Part shown: positions 13,469-23,038 of the stretch, in pieces
Position numbering within the stretch: the first letter of the stretch is position 1
Layout of the letters: the number at the start of each line of letters is the position of its first letter
The notes under the pieces: generated by a model
Told to the model about the DNA's origin: nothing
Databases searched by the model: none
Seen by the model: only the letters and a program-made list of their open reading frames with translations
From: Diplonema japonicum
Lineage: Eukaryota > Protista > Euglenozoa: Diplonemea
Length of the DNA: 64,000 bases
Direction: 5' to 3'
Assembly: GCA_964019335.1 (NCBI GenBank)
Contig: OZ025698.1
Coordinates: 1-64,000 of the forward strand
Position numbers and translations under genes: made by a program

Positions 13469-13591
13469 GAAGAAGAAGAAGAAGAAGAAGAAGAAGAAGA
13501 AGAAGAAGAAGAAGAAGAAGAAGAAGAAGAAGAAGAAGAAGAAGAAGAAGAAGAAGAAGAAGAAGAAGAAGAAGAAGAAGAAGAAGAAGAA
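13469..13591 (+). repeat. (GAA)n microsatellite, about 40 units
   Basis: Read directly. Confidence 0.97.
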
Positions 13592-13961
13592 AAAAAGGAA
13601 AAAAGGAAAAAAGGGGGAAAAAAAAAAAGAAGAAGAAAAAAAAAGAGACATTTAAGGGTGGCAGGGATGTCTGAAAAAAGGGGTATCCAGGGTGAGTGCA
13701 AAAGGGGATGATGTGCTATTGATGTTGTACTCTCGAGAAGAGCCGATCCAGTTGACACCATAAAACAATGCCATAGGGAACGGAACACCATTTTGAAAAG
13801 AAAAAGAGAGAAAAGTTAGTCACCTTGTGAACTGACAAGATCGTTAACTTCATCCACAGAGGCCTTCGAAATCACGACCACACAACCAGCAATTCCATAG
13901 CGTTGTACACAGTACCACATGGAGGAGTGTTCACTGCAGGAGCAACACCTCGCTCAAAACC

Positions 13962-16900
13962 CTAGAAAGGTAAGTTCTCATTCTCATCTGCATGACTGCG
14001 GGAATTCCTGACATACAACCACAGGAAAGCACTCAGACCCATCAGCACCGTGCTCAAAGCACCGAAGAAAGCGAGATAGAACCACCACCGCGTTCCTTCA
14101 CCCAGATCCTCAGGCTGCGGAGTGCTCTCAAGAGGCACTGCGTCAGGAGTCGCCACATCTGTTGGTGCATCCAGCGGCACGTCTCCTTCCAGTTTTGAGG
14201 GTGAGGGTGTGAGCGGTGCTGGTGTTGGTGGCGAGAGTGTGTCACTACTTAAAGGTGAAGGTGTCGGTGGTGCCGGTGTTGTTGGCTCTTCTGTCACTCC
14301 TGTAGGCAACGCTGTCGGCGCAGTCGTAGGTGGTGAAGATGTTTCTGGACTCAGTGTCGGAGGACTAGGTGTTGGTGGTTTCGGAGGAGATAATGTGGGT
14401 GGAATTGGAGTCAGTGGTGCAGGTGTTGCCGGGGACTGAGTAGGTGGACTCGGTGTAGCTGGACTTGGTGTGGGTGGTGAAGATGTCAGTGGTGACTGTG
14501 TAGGCGGACTTGGGGTCGGTGGTGCTGCAGTAGGTGGACTTGGAGTAGGTGGTGCTTCAGTAGGTGGACTAGGGGTCGGTGGTGCTGCAGTTGGTGGACT
14601 TGGAGTTGGTGGTGCTGCAGTAGGTGGTGATGGTGTCGGTGGACTTGGAGTAGGTGGTGCTGCAGTAGGTGGACTTGGAGTAGGTGGTGATGGTGTCGGT
14701 GGACTTGGGGTCGGTGGTGCTGCAGTAGGTGGACTTGGAGTCGGTGGTGCTGCAGTAGGTGGTGATGGTGTCGGTGGATTTGGAGTAGGTTGTGATGGTG
14801 TCGGTGGACTTGGGGTCGGTGGTGCTTCAGTAGGTGGACTTGGAGTAGGTGGTGCTTCAGTAGGTGGACTTGGAGTCGGTGGTGCTGCAGTAGGTGGTGA
14901 TGGTGTCAGTGGACTTGGGGTCGGTGGTGCTTCAGTAGGTGGACTTGGAGTAGGTGGTGTTGCAGTAGGTGGACTTGGAGTCGGTGGTGCTGCAGTAGGT
15001 GGTGATGGTGTCGGTGGACTTGGGGTCGGTGGTGCTTCAGTAGGTGGACTTGGAGTAGGTGGTGCTTCAGTAGGTGGACTGGGAGTCCGTGGTGCTGCAG
15101 TAGGTGGACTTGGAGTAGGTGGTGCTGCAGTAGGTGGTGATGGTGTCGGTGGACTTGGGGTCGGTGGTGCTTCAGTAGGTGGACTTGGAGTCGGTGGTGC
15201 TGCAGTAGGTGGTGATGGTGTCGGTGGACTTGGAGTAGGTGGTGCTTCAGTAGGTGTACTTGGAGTCGGTGGTGCTTCAGTAGGTGGACTTGGAGTAGGT
15301 GGTGATGGTGTCGGTGGACTTGGGGTCGGTGGTGCTTCAGTAGGTGGACTTGGAGTCGGTGGTGCTGCAGTAGGTGGACTTGGAGTAGGTGGTGCTGCAG
15401 TAGGTGGTGATGGTGTCGGTGGACTTGGAGTCGGTGGTGCTGCAGTAGGTGGTGATGGTGTCGGTGGACTTGGAGTAGGTGGTGCTGCAGTAGGTGGTGA
15501 TGGTGTCGGTGGACTTGGAGTAGGTGGTGCTGCAGTAGGTGGTGATGGTGTCGGTGGACTTGGGGTCGGTGGTGCTTCAGTAGGTGGACTGGGAGTCCGT
15601 GGTGCTGCAGTAGGTGGACTTGGAGTAGGTGGTGTGGCAGTAGGTGGTGATGGTGTCGGTGGACTTGGGGTCGGTGGTGCTTCAGTAGGTGGACTTGGAG
15701 TCGGTGGTGCTGCAGTAGGTGGTGATGGTGTCGGTGGACTTGGAGTAGGTGGTGCTGCAGTAGGTGGACTTGGAGTAGGTGGTGATGGTGTCGGTGGACT
15801 TGGGGTCGGTGGTGCTTCAGTAGGTGGACTTGGAGTAGGTGGTGCTTCAGTAGGTGGACTTGGGGTCGGTGGTGCTGCAGTAGGTGGTGATGGTGTCGGT
15901 GGACTTTTAGTCGGTGGTGCTGCAGTAGGTGGACTTGGAGTAGGTGGTGCTGCAGTAGGTGGTGATGGTGTCGGTGGACTTGGAGTCGGTGGTGCTGCAG
16001 TAGGTGGACTTGGGGTCGGTGGTGCTGCAGTAGGTGGTGATGGTGTCGGTGGACTTGGAGTCGGTGGTGCTTCAGTAGGTGGACTTGGGGTCGGTGGTGC
16101 TGCAGTAGGTGGAATTGGAGTAGGTGGTGATGGTGTCGGTGGACTTGGAGTAGGTGGTGCTTCAGTAGGTGTACTTGGAGTCGGTGGTGCTTCAGTAGGT
16201 GGACTTGGAGTAGGTGGTGATGGTGTCGGTGGACTTGGGGTCGGTGGTGCTTCAGTAGGTGGACTTGGAGTCGGTGGTGCTGCAGTAGGTGGACTTGGAG
16301 TAGGTGGTGCTGCAGTAGGTGGTGATGGTGTCGGTGGACTTGGAGTCGGTGGTGCTGCAGTAGGTGGTGATGGTGTCGGTGGACTTGGAGTAGGTGGTGC
16401 TGCAGTAGGTGGTGATGGTGTCGGTGGACTTGGAGTAGGTGGTGATGGTGTCGGTGGACTTGGAGTCGGTGGTGCTGCAGTAGGTGGACTTCGAGTAGGT
16501 GGTGCTGCAGTAGGTGGTGATGGTGTCGGTGGACTTGGAGTAGGTGGTGCTTCAGTAGGTGGACTTGGGGTCGGTGGTGCTGCAGTAGGTGGTGATGGTG
16601 TCGGTGGACTTTTAGTCGGTGGTGCTGCAGTAGGTGGACTTGGAGTAGGTGGTGCTGCAGTAGGTGGTGATGGTGTCGGTGGACTTGGAGTCGGTGGTGC
16701 TGCAGTAGGTGGTGATGGTGTCGGTGGACTTGGAGTCGGTGGTGCTTCAGTAGGTGGACTTGGGGTCGGTGGTGCTGCAGTAGGTGGAATTGGAGTAGGT
16801 GGTGATGGTGTCGGTGGACTTGGGGTCGGTGGTGCTGCAGTAGGTGGACTTGGAGTAGGTGGTGCTGCAGTAGGTGGTGATGGTGTCGGTGGACTTGGAG

Positions 16901-19412
16901 TCGGTGGTGCTGCAGTAGGTGGTGATGGTGTCGGTGGACTTGGAGTCGGTGGTGCTGCAGTAGGTGGTGATGGTGTCGGTGGACTTGGAGTCGGTGGTGC
17001 TTCAGTAGGTGGACTTGGGGTCGGTGGTGCTGCAGTAGGTGGAATTGGAGTAGGTGGTGATGGTGTCGGTGGACTTGGGGTCGGTGGTGCTTCAGTAGGT
17101 GGACTTGGAGTCGGTGGTGCTGCAGTAGGTGGACTTGGAGTAGGTGGTGCTGCAGTAGGTGGTGATGGTGTCGGTGGACTTGGAGTAGGTGGTGCTTCAG
17201 TAGGTGGACTTGGGGTCGGTGGTGCTGCAGTAGGTGGTGATGGTGTCGGTGGACTTGGAGTCGGTGGTGCTGCAGTAGGTGGACTTGGAGTAGGTGCTGC
17301 AGTAGGTGGTGATGGTGTCGGTGGACTTGGGGTCGGTGGTGCTTCAGTAGGTGGACTTGGAGTAGGTGGTGATGGTGTCGGTGGACTTGGAGTCGGTGGT
17401 GCTGCAGTAGGTGGACTTGGAGTAGGTGGTGCTGCAGTAGGTGGACTTGGGGTCGGTGGTGCTGCAGTAGGTGGACTTGGAGTCGGTGGTGCTGCAGTAG
17501 GTGGTGATGGTGTCGGTGGACTTAGAGTAGGTGGTGCTTCAGTAGGTGGACTTGGGGTCGGTGGTGCTTCAGTAGGTGGACTTGGGGTCGGTGGTGCTGC
17601 AGTAGGTGGAATTGGAGTAGGTGGTGATGGTGTCGGTGGACTTGGGGTCGGTGGTGCTTCAGTAGGTGGACTTGGAGTCGGTGGTGCTGCAGTAGGTGGA
17701 CTTGGAGTAGGTGGTGCTGCAGTAGGTGGACTTGGGGTCGGTGGTGCTGCAGTAGGTGGACTTGGAGTCGGTGGTGCTGCAGTAGGTGGTGATGGTGTCG
17801 GTGGACTTAGAGTAGGTGGTGCTTCAGTAGGTGGACTTGGGGTCGGTGGTGCTTCAGTAGGTGGACTTGGGGTCGGTGGTGCTGCAGTAGGTGGACTTGG
17901 AGTAGGTGGTGATGGTGTCGGTGGACTTGGGGTCGGTGGTGCTTCAGTAGGTGGACTTGGAGTAGGTGGTGCTGCAGTAGGTGGTGATGGTGTCGGTGGA
18001 CTTGGAGTCGGTGGTGCTGCAGTAGGTGGATTTGGAGTAGGTGGTGCTGCAGTAGGTGGTGATGGTGTCGGTGGACTTGGGGTCGGTGGTGCTGCAGTAG
18101 GTGGACTTGGAGTAGGTGGTGCTTCAGTAGGTGGACTTGGGGTCGGTGGTGCTGCAGTAGGTGGACTTGGAGTCGGTGGTGCTGCAGTAGGTGGTGATGG
18201 TGTCGGTGGACTTGGGGTCGGTGGTGCTTCAGTAGGTGGACTTGGAGTCGGTGGTGCTGCAGTAGGTGGTGATGGTGTCGGTGGACTTGGAGTAGGTGGT
18301 GCTTCAGTAGGTGGACTTGGGGTCGGTGGTGCTGCAGTAGGTGGTGATGGTGTCGGTGGACTTGGGGTCGGTGGTGCTTCAGTAGGTGGACTTGGAGTCG
18401 GTGGTGCTGCAGTAGGTGGTGATGGTGTCGGTGGACTTGGAGTCGGTGGTGCTGCAGTAGGTGGATTTGGAGTAGGTGGTGCTGCAGTAGGTGGTGATGG
18501 TGTCGGTGGACTTGGGGTCGGTGGTGCTGCAGTAGGTGGACTTGGAGTAGGTGGTGATGGTGTCGGTGGACTTGGGGTCGGTGGTGCTTCAGTAGGTGGA
18601 CTTGGAGTAGGTGGTGCTGCAGTAGGTGGTGATGGTGTCGGTGGACTTGGAGTAGGTGGACTTGGAGTAGGTGGTGCTGCAGTAGGTGGACTTGGAGTAG
18701 GTGGTGCTGCAGTAGGTGGTGCTGCAGTAGGTGGACTTGGAGTAGGTGGTGATGGAGTTGGTGGACTTGGAGTCGGTGGTGCTGCAGTAGGTGGACTTGG
18801 AGTTGGTGGTGATGGAGTTGGTGGACTTGGGGTCGGTGGTGCTGCAGTAGGTGCTGCAGTAGGTGGACTTGGAGTAGGTGGTGATGGAGTAGGTGGACTT
18901 GGAGTCGGTGGTGATGGAGTAGGTGGACTTGGTGTAGGTGGTGCTGCAGTAGGTGGACTTGGAGTCAGTGGACTTTGTGTCGGTGCTAGTGTTGGTGGTG
19001 ATAGTGTTGGTGGACTCGGCGATGGAGGTGCGGGTGTAGGTAAGAAGTCTTTGTTGGCTGCGCAGAATTGTGTAGCAGTAAGCAGTGTGTTAGCAGAAAG
19101 ATGCGCTGATCTGGTTCTTGTACCGCAACATTTTGCCCTATTACCGTACGTTGTTCCATCGACGTGTTCAAATTTACCCTCCTGCGAATGATCAAGGCCT
19201 AATACATATGTGGGCTCTGATGCGCAGTAACAGCACTTACATGTAATTGAAATAAAACCTCCGAATCTATGCCAATAAATCTTACCGACACCAATGCGAG
19301 CCCAAGCCGGATCCCAACCATAACTATGGTAAGAGGAAACTTCGCCGCATCCCGGCTGAGGAGTAGCAGATGTTGCAGAGTGTATCAAAGCACATATGAA
19401 AAGAAAACGCAT
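13962..19412 (-). CDS. Type I membrane mucin/extensin-like surface protein: signal peptide, Cys-rich head, PPTPS/PPTAA/PPTEA stalk, TM helix
   Basis: Uninterrupted ORF; ATG at 19412 gives MRFLFICALIHSATSA; head of about 110 aa with several Cys; about 1550 aa of 5-aa repeats; WWFYLAFFGALSTVLMGLSAFLWLYV then a short tail. Confidence 0.88.
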   Translation of the reverse strand: MRFLFICALIHSATSATPQPGCGEVSSYHSYGWDPAWARIGVGKIYWHRFGGFISITCKCCYCASEPTYVLGLDHSQEGKFEHVDGTTYGNRAKCCGTRTRSAHLSANTLLTATQFCAANKDFLPTPAPPSPSPPTLSPPTLAPTQSPLTPSPPTAAPPTPSPPTPSPPTPSPPTPSPPTPSPPTAAPTAAPPTPSPPTPSPPTPSPPTAAPPTPSPPTPSPPTPSPPTAAPPTAAPPTPSPPTAAPPTPSPPTPSPPTPSPPTAAPPTPSPPTEAPPTPSPPTPSPPTPSPPTAAPPTPSPPTPSPPTAAPPTPNPPTAAPPTPSPPTPSPPTAAPPTPSPPTEAPPTPSPPTPSPPTAAPPTPSPPTEAPPTPSPPTPSPPTAAPPTPSPPTEAPPTPSPPTPSPPTAAPPTPSPPTAAPPTPSPPTEAPPTPSPPTAAPPTPSPPTPSPPTAAPPTPNPPTAAPPTPSPPTPSPPTAAPPTPSPPTEAPPTPSPPTPSPPTPSPPTAAPPTPSPPTEAPPTPSPPTEAPPTLSPPTPSPPTAAPPTPSPPTAAPPTPSPPTAAPPTPSPPTAAPPTPSPPTEAPPTPSPPTPSPPTPIPPTAAPPTPSPPTEAPPTPSPPTEAPPTLSPPTPSPPTAAPPTPSPPTAAPPTPSPPTAAPPTPSPPTAAPPTPSPPTPSPPTPSPPTEAPPTPSPPTPSPPTAAPTPSPPTAAPPTPSPPTPSPPTAAPPTPSPPTEAPPTPSPPTPSPPTAAPPTPSPPTAAPPTPSPPTEAPPTPSPPTPSPPTPIPPTAAPPTPSPPTEAPPTPSPPTPSPPTAAPPTPSPPTPSPPTAAPPTPSPPTPSPPTAAPPTPSPPTAAPPTPSPPTPSPPTPIPPTAAPPTPSPPTEAPPTPSPPTPSPPTAAPPTPSPPTPSPPTAAPPTPSPPTAAPPTKSPPTPSPPTAAPPTPSPPTEAPPTPSPPTPSPPTAAPPTRSPPTAAPPTPSPPTPSPPTPSPPTPSPPTAAPPTPSPPTPSPPTAAPPTPSPPTPSPPTAAPPTPSPPTAAPPTPSPPTEAPPTPSPPTPSPPTPSPPTEAPPTPSTPTEAPPTPSPPTPSPPTPIPPTAAPPTPSPPTEAPPTPSPPTPSPPTAAPPTPSPPTAAPPTPSPPTPSPPTAAPPTPSPPTAAPPTKSPPTPSPPTAAPPTPSPPTEAPPTPSPPTEAPPTPSPPTPSPPTPSPPTAAPPTPSPPTPSPPTAAPPTPSPPTEAPPTPSPPTPSPPTATPPTPSPPTAAPRTPSPPTEAPPTPSPPTPSPPTAAPPTPSPPTPSPPTAAPPTPSPPTPSPPTAAPPTPSPPTPSPPTAAPPTPSPPTAAPPTPSPPTEAPPTPSPPTPSPPTPSPPTEAPPTPSTPTEAPPTPSPPTPSPPTAAPPTPSPPTEAPPTPSPPTPSPPTAAPPTPSPPTAAPRTPSPPTEAPPTPSPPTEAPPTPSPPTPSPPTAAPPTPSPPTATPPTPSPPTEAPPTPSPLTPSPPTAAPPTPSPPTEAPPTPSPPTEAPPTPSPPTPSQPTPNPPTPSPPTAAPPTPSPPTAAPPTPSPPTPSPPTPSPPTAAPPTPSPPTPSPPTAAPPTPSPPTAAPPTPSPPTEAPPTPSPPTAAPPTPSPPTQSPLTSSPPTPSPATPSPPTQSPATPAPLTPIPPTLSPPKPPTPSPPTLSPETSSPPTTAPTALPTGVTEEPTTPAPPTPSPLSSDTLSPPTPAPLTPSPSKLEGDVPLDAPTDVATPDAVPLESTPQPEDLGEGTRWWFYLAFFGALSTVLMGLSAFLWLYVRNSRSHADENENLPF
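14470..18970. repeat. 15-bp coding minisatellite with higher-order repeats
   Basis: GGTGGACTTGGAGTA / GGTGGTGCTGCAGTA / GGTGGTGATGGTGTC units. Confidence 0.95.
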
Positions 19413-19542
19413 ATTAACCTGGTAGAGAGGTGGAAAAGTGGCAAGAAAAACTCGATAAAATTTCAATGTGCATGGGGGTGCTCACGTGTTCAAGAAGAAA
19501 TTCACACTAATCGGTCACCGTTCTGCGGTTGCTGTCTGGTGC

Positions 19543-22500
19543 GTCAAGGGCGGCCTGCGGAAAGCGTACAACGCCTTCCTTATCGAACGCGTGGATCGAC
19601 GCTTCGCCATGGAGAAAAGCAACTTGCTGGCCTTCTTCACGCAAGTCCTCCACCGATACGACGCCAGAGCCCCGGTAGATTCTTGGTTGCCGGAAAAAAC
19701 GTACATAGGCCCCAAGAAACCCCGTGCGCTTCCCTCGGACGACTCCTCAGCTGACTCCTCAGTCGTCTCCTCAGTCGCCTTCTCGGGGGGCCCCTCAGAC
19801 GAGCCCTCGGACAATTCCTCGGACAGCTCTTCAGGTCTTGTCGAACCGTCACAACCCCGAGCAGCCTCCGTGGTCTCACCATCTGGTGTCACGGACCAGG
19901 TTTTTTCGCCCCCCATCAACCTGCACACCAACAGCGGGGAAGGTCGCCTGGGCCTGGAATGCGGCTGGGCCGTCATAAACTGGTTGGCGGACTATGCTGG
20001 TGTGGACCGCATCCCCTTCTCTACAATGCAGGAGATCCAGGAGATGTACCACGGCTTCTCACGACTCATCTCCCCTTCCAGCACTGATGAAGCGCCCGAT
20101 CCTCTTGGCAACTTTTCCCGCTCGACCTTGTCACGTGCTTGCCTCATGGTCGTTGGTGCAAACTTGGAGGTCTTCCGTGCAGGCATGAAAGAAAGCCCCT
20201 GCTTGATCGTTGGTCCCTTGAAACGAAGTCTCAGCGGCCACTGGTTCATCGCTCTCAGGAAGAAGGGAAGGTACATGGTCAAAGACACCGACGTACGGCT
20301 AAGGCTCCAGAGCTTCAAACACATCTGCGCGACATACTCCGAACACAACATCCTCTGCATCCCAGACGATGTGTGGGCCAGGACAACCCCAGGCAGGAAA
20401 CACAACACACGTGTTCTAGACCCTGAGGCTGAGTTTCGCCAGTTTGAGCCGGTCATCACCCCGGCGGCACCCCAGGTAAGCGACTCGAGCGCGCGAAAGA
20501 CTGAGACCGCTCTCAACACCCCGGAAGATCGCACCCTCCTAACTCATGTCACCCTAGCTGCAGCTATAGCTACATATGCCGCACGCACCCGACGGCTCGA
20601 CACAGGAGTCGCCGCATCAGGTGTGGATGCGCACACCGCTCACTTCGGGCGGCCCGTCGCCACCGCCATCGTAGCCCTAGCTGCCGCCGTGGCCGCGCGA
20701 GCCGTGCACACCGGATGCTCTGTCACCACCACGTCTACGGCAAGCTAGACTAACGTGGTCGGAACTGTCCCGCTCTTCCTGAAGGTCTCGAGTCTGCACA
20801 AGTCTACACCACAGACAGCAGTCGCAACCTGTCAGACGGACCGTGTCACAGCACCTGTACTGTTCTCGATATCATCGACGCTCCAGACGGATCCTCCCAG
20901 CAGTAGACTGCCCCCGATGGACGCCGGACTGGGGTCGCCCTCGGCCGCGGCGGTCAGACTTACGAAGTCTGTCGAAATTCCGACGCCCCGCGCGACCCTG
21001 TCGAGGCGGCCGGTTACTGAGCCTCGGTTGACACCATGCCTTCCACCGCCAACGGACGTGTCATCCACCCAGCTCGCGGCCTGCACTCAGTCCACCCGTC
21101 GGGACACCGGACACGGGAGTGACACACCGATGCCGTCGTCTACCATGGGACACGCGACACTCCAACCAGTGGTCGGCTCCCAGATTGTGACAACGTCGGC
21201 TGTGGAGTCATCGCTCGCCCGAGCCGTGACAACGCCCGTTCTGGCAGACGCCCCCCTCGGCGCCCGCCAGGTACAGCTCACTCCTTGCATCCAGTCCGTC
21301 CATGAGAACATCGGACTCGGGATGGATACGCCGATGGCTCCCGCCATGGGACACGCGACGCTTCAACCGGTGGTCAACGCCCAGAGAGACACGACGCTGA
21401 CCCTGGAGCCGCCCGTGGCCCGAGCCGAGGCAGACGCTCCCCTAGACCCTCACCAGGCGGATGGTGGTTTAGAAATGATCGACCTCACGCAGGACTCCCC
21501 GGACAGACCCTCGCGCAAGAAGAAGCACGACGGCACTGCTTACGAGCACGAAAGCCGTCGTGGTAAGAGTTCCTCCACAGGCGATGGGGATCTTCTCATC
21601 CTGCGCGAGCAGTCACAGGGTTTTGATCAGGAAGCCCTCAACCGAAGAGCCCTCCAGAGACGGATGGATCGATACCTCAGTCTCTTGGTCTACTTCCGGC
21701 GACACCCGGAGCTCTTGGACGAACACCAGCGTCAGCTCCTGTCGGTCGGTCCCCTCCCGATGCACCTGGACACCTCTCCACATCAACTGCTGCTCGAGGC
21801 CCGTGACACGGATAGAACTGCCGACCAACAGGCAACCGTCGCCAACCAGGAACAGCTTCTTCTGATTGCGCACAAGGCGTTGCCTACCACCGAACGTCTT
21901 CGGTTGTCTCACGAATGGCACTCGGGGCTGAACACCGCGGTACAGCAACAGTGGTGGTCGGAGTTCTTCGCCCAAGGCGGCTGGAAACACCCACTCTTCG
22001 GTTCCGAGGCCCCAAGAGGTGACGAGACTAGGACTCCAGGGAGGACCCCTCTCCTGCTCACCTACAACGGGCAGAGGAACAAACGCCCGGAACCCGAAGA
22101 CGGCCCCGCCCTTCCCGCGGCCAAACGGGATCTCGCCGCGACGAGGCCGAACACCAGAGTCACTGGACTTGTCGCCCTTAAGAGGCTCACCAGGGAAGCA
22201 GACGTCGACGGCCCTGAGGACCTGGATGAGCTTCGACACCTGGGCTTCCTTTCCCAGGGCGAGGCCGTCTTTGACCTCAGCTGCATGTCCAGGGCTTGCA
22301 CACACTTCCTGGGTGAGACCCCCATGGTCACGGTCCCCCTCGACACACGCGCCGCGATCCCGTGTCTGCTGGTCTGTTATGACTCGACGTGGCTCTACGC
22401 TTCCCGCCAGGAACAGGGCTTTCGGTTGCAGACCCAAGGGTTCAAGGACAAGTCGTATCCGACTGTGGCAGCCCTACTCGCTGACTTCGTGGGGGCAGGG

Positions 22501-22554
22501 ACCCTCTACTACAGCGAGTCACAGTGGTCGACTGTGCTGAACTCCTACAACTAG
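19543..22554 (+). pseudogene. J-A ORF: Josephin-like protease domain, low-complexity linker, inactive Josephin-like domain; one in-frame TAG at 20746-20748
   Basis: ECGWAVINWL, DPLGNFSRSTLSRAC and GHWFIALRKKGRYMVKDT resemble ataxin-3/JOSD motifs; ORFs 19468-20748 and 20755-22554 share a frame. Confidence 0.7.
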
Positions 22555-23038
22555 GAACTACTGGAGACGACCCTACGCAATGTAGGATTGCCGGCCCGGC
22601 GTGCTACGAGGGCGATAGGCTATGCAGGGTCTCACAGACCTCGCACCCTATGATTTTAGTTTCCACCTTTTCCTTTTCCACTTCTTGTCTTTTAACTTCC
22701 CTTCTGCTTCCCAACATGGTTTCCGTCCCGGGTATGACGTTAAACTGCGTCCGCCGACGCATTTGGGTCAACATTCTCTGATGACCAAGCCGTCTTTTTC
22801 CGTTTCTTCTCCCCTTCTCTTTGTTATGTTATTTTCATTATTCTTTCTGGCGATAGACTGATACGGGCCATGGAAGCAACCTCTGCTTAATTCCTGGTAC
22901 GTGGGAGGCTCCTCTTGAGGATGTCAGTCACCTTTTCCCTTTTTTACTCGACTCTCTGTTTTCGTATGCAGTATTTATTCTTTCCCACCCCTTTTTACCT
23001 ATTTCTTCGCTTCTTCATCCTAACTTAAAACCATTTCA
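19543..23038 (+). mobile_element. J-A retroposed element, 5'-truncated
   Basis: TSD GGTGC (19538-19542, 23039-23043); 3' end ...CTTAAAACCATTTCA shared with other copies; frame is open from the 5' junction. Confidence 0.85.

Noticed and set aside
13003-13791. Poly-R/F/S/E ORFs
   Set aside because: Products of the (GAA)n microsatellite.
14470-19191. 1573-aa Gly/Val ORF on +
   Set aside because: Antisense shadow of the PPT repeat; signal peptide and TM helix are on the minus strand.
19468-19542. ORF-track start of the Josephin-like ORF
   Set aside because: Antisense LINE-D sequence upstream of the TSD, not part of J-A.
22778-22784. CTGATGA in the J-A 3' UTR as a hammerhead
   Set aside because: No stem II-GAAA follows, and the second copy reads CTGGCGA.
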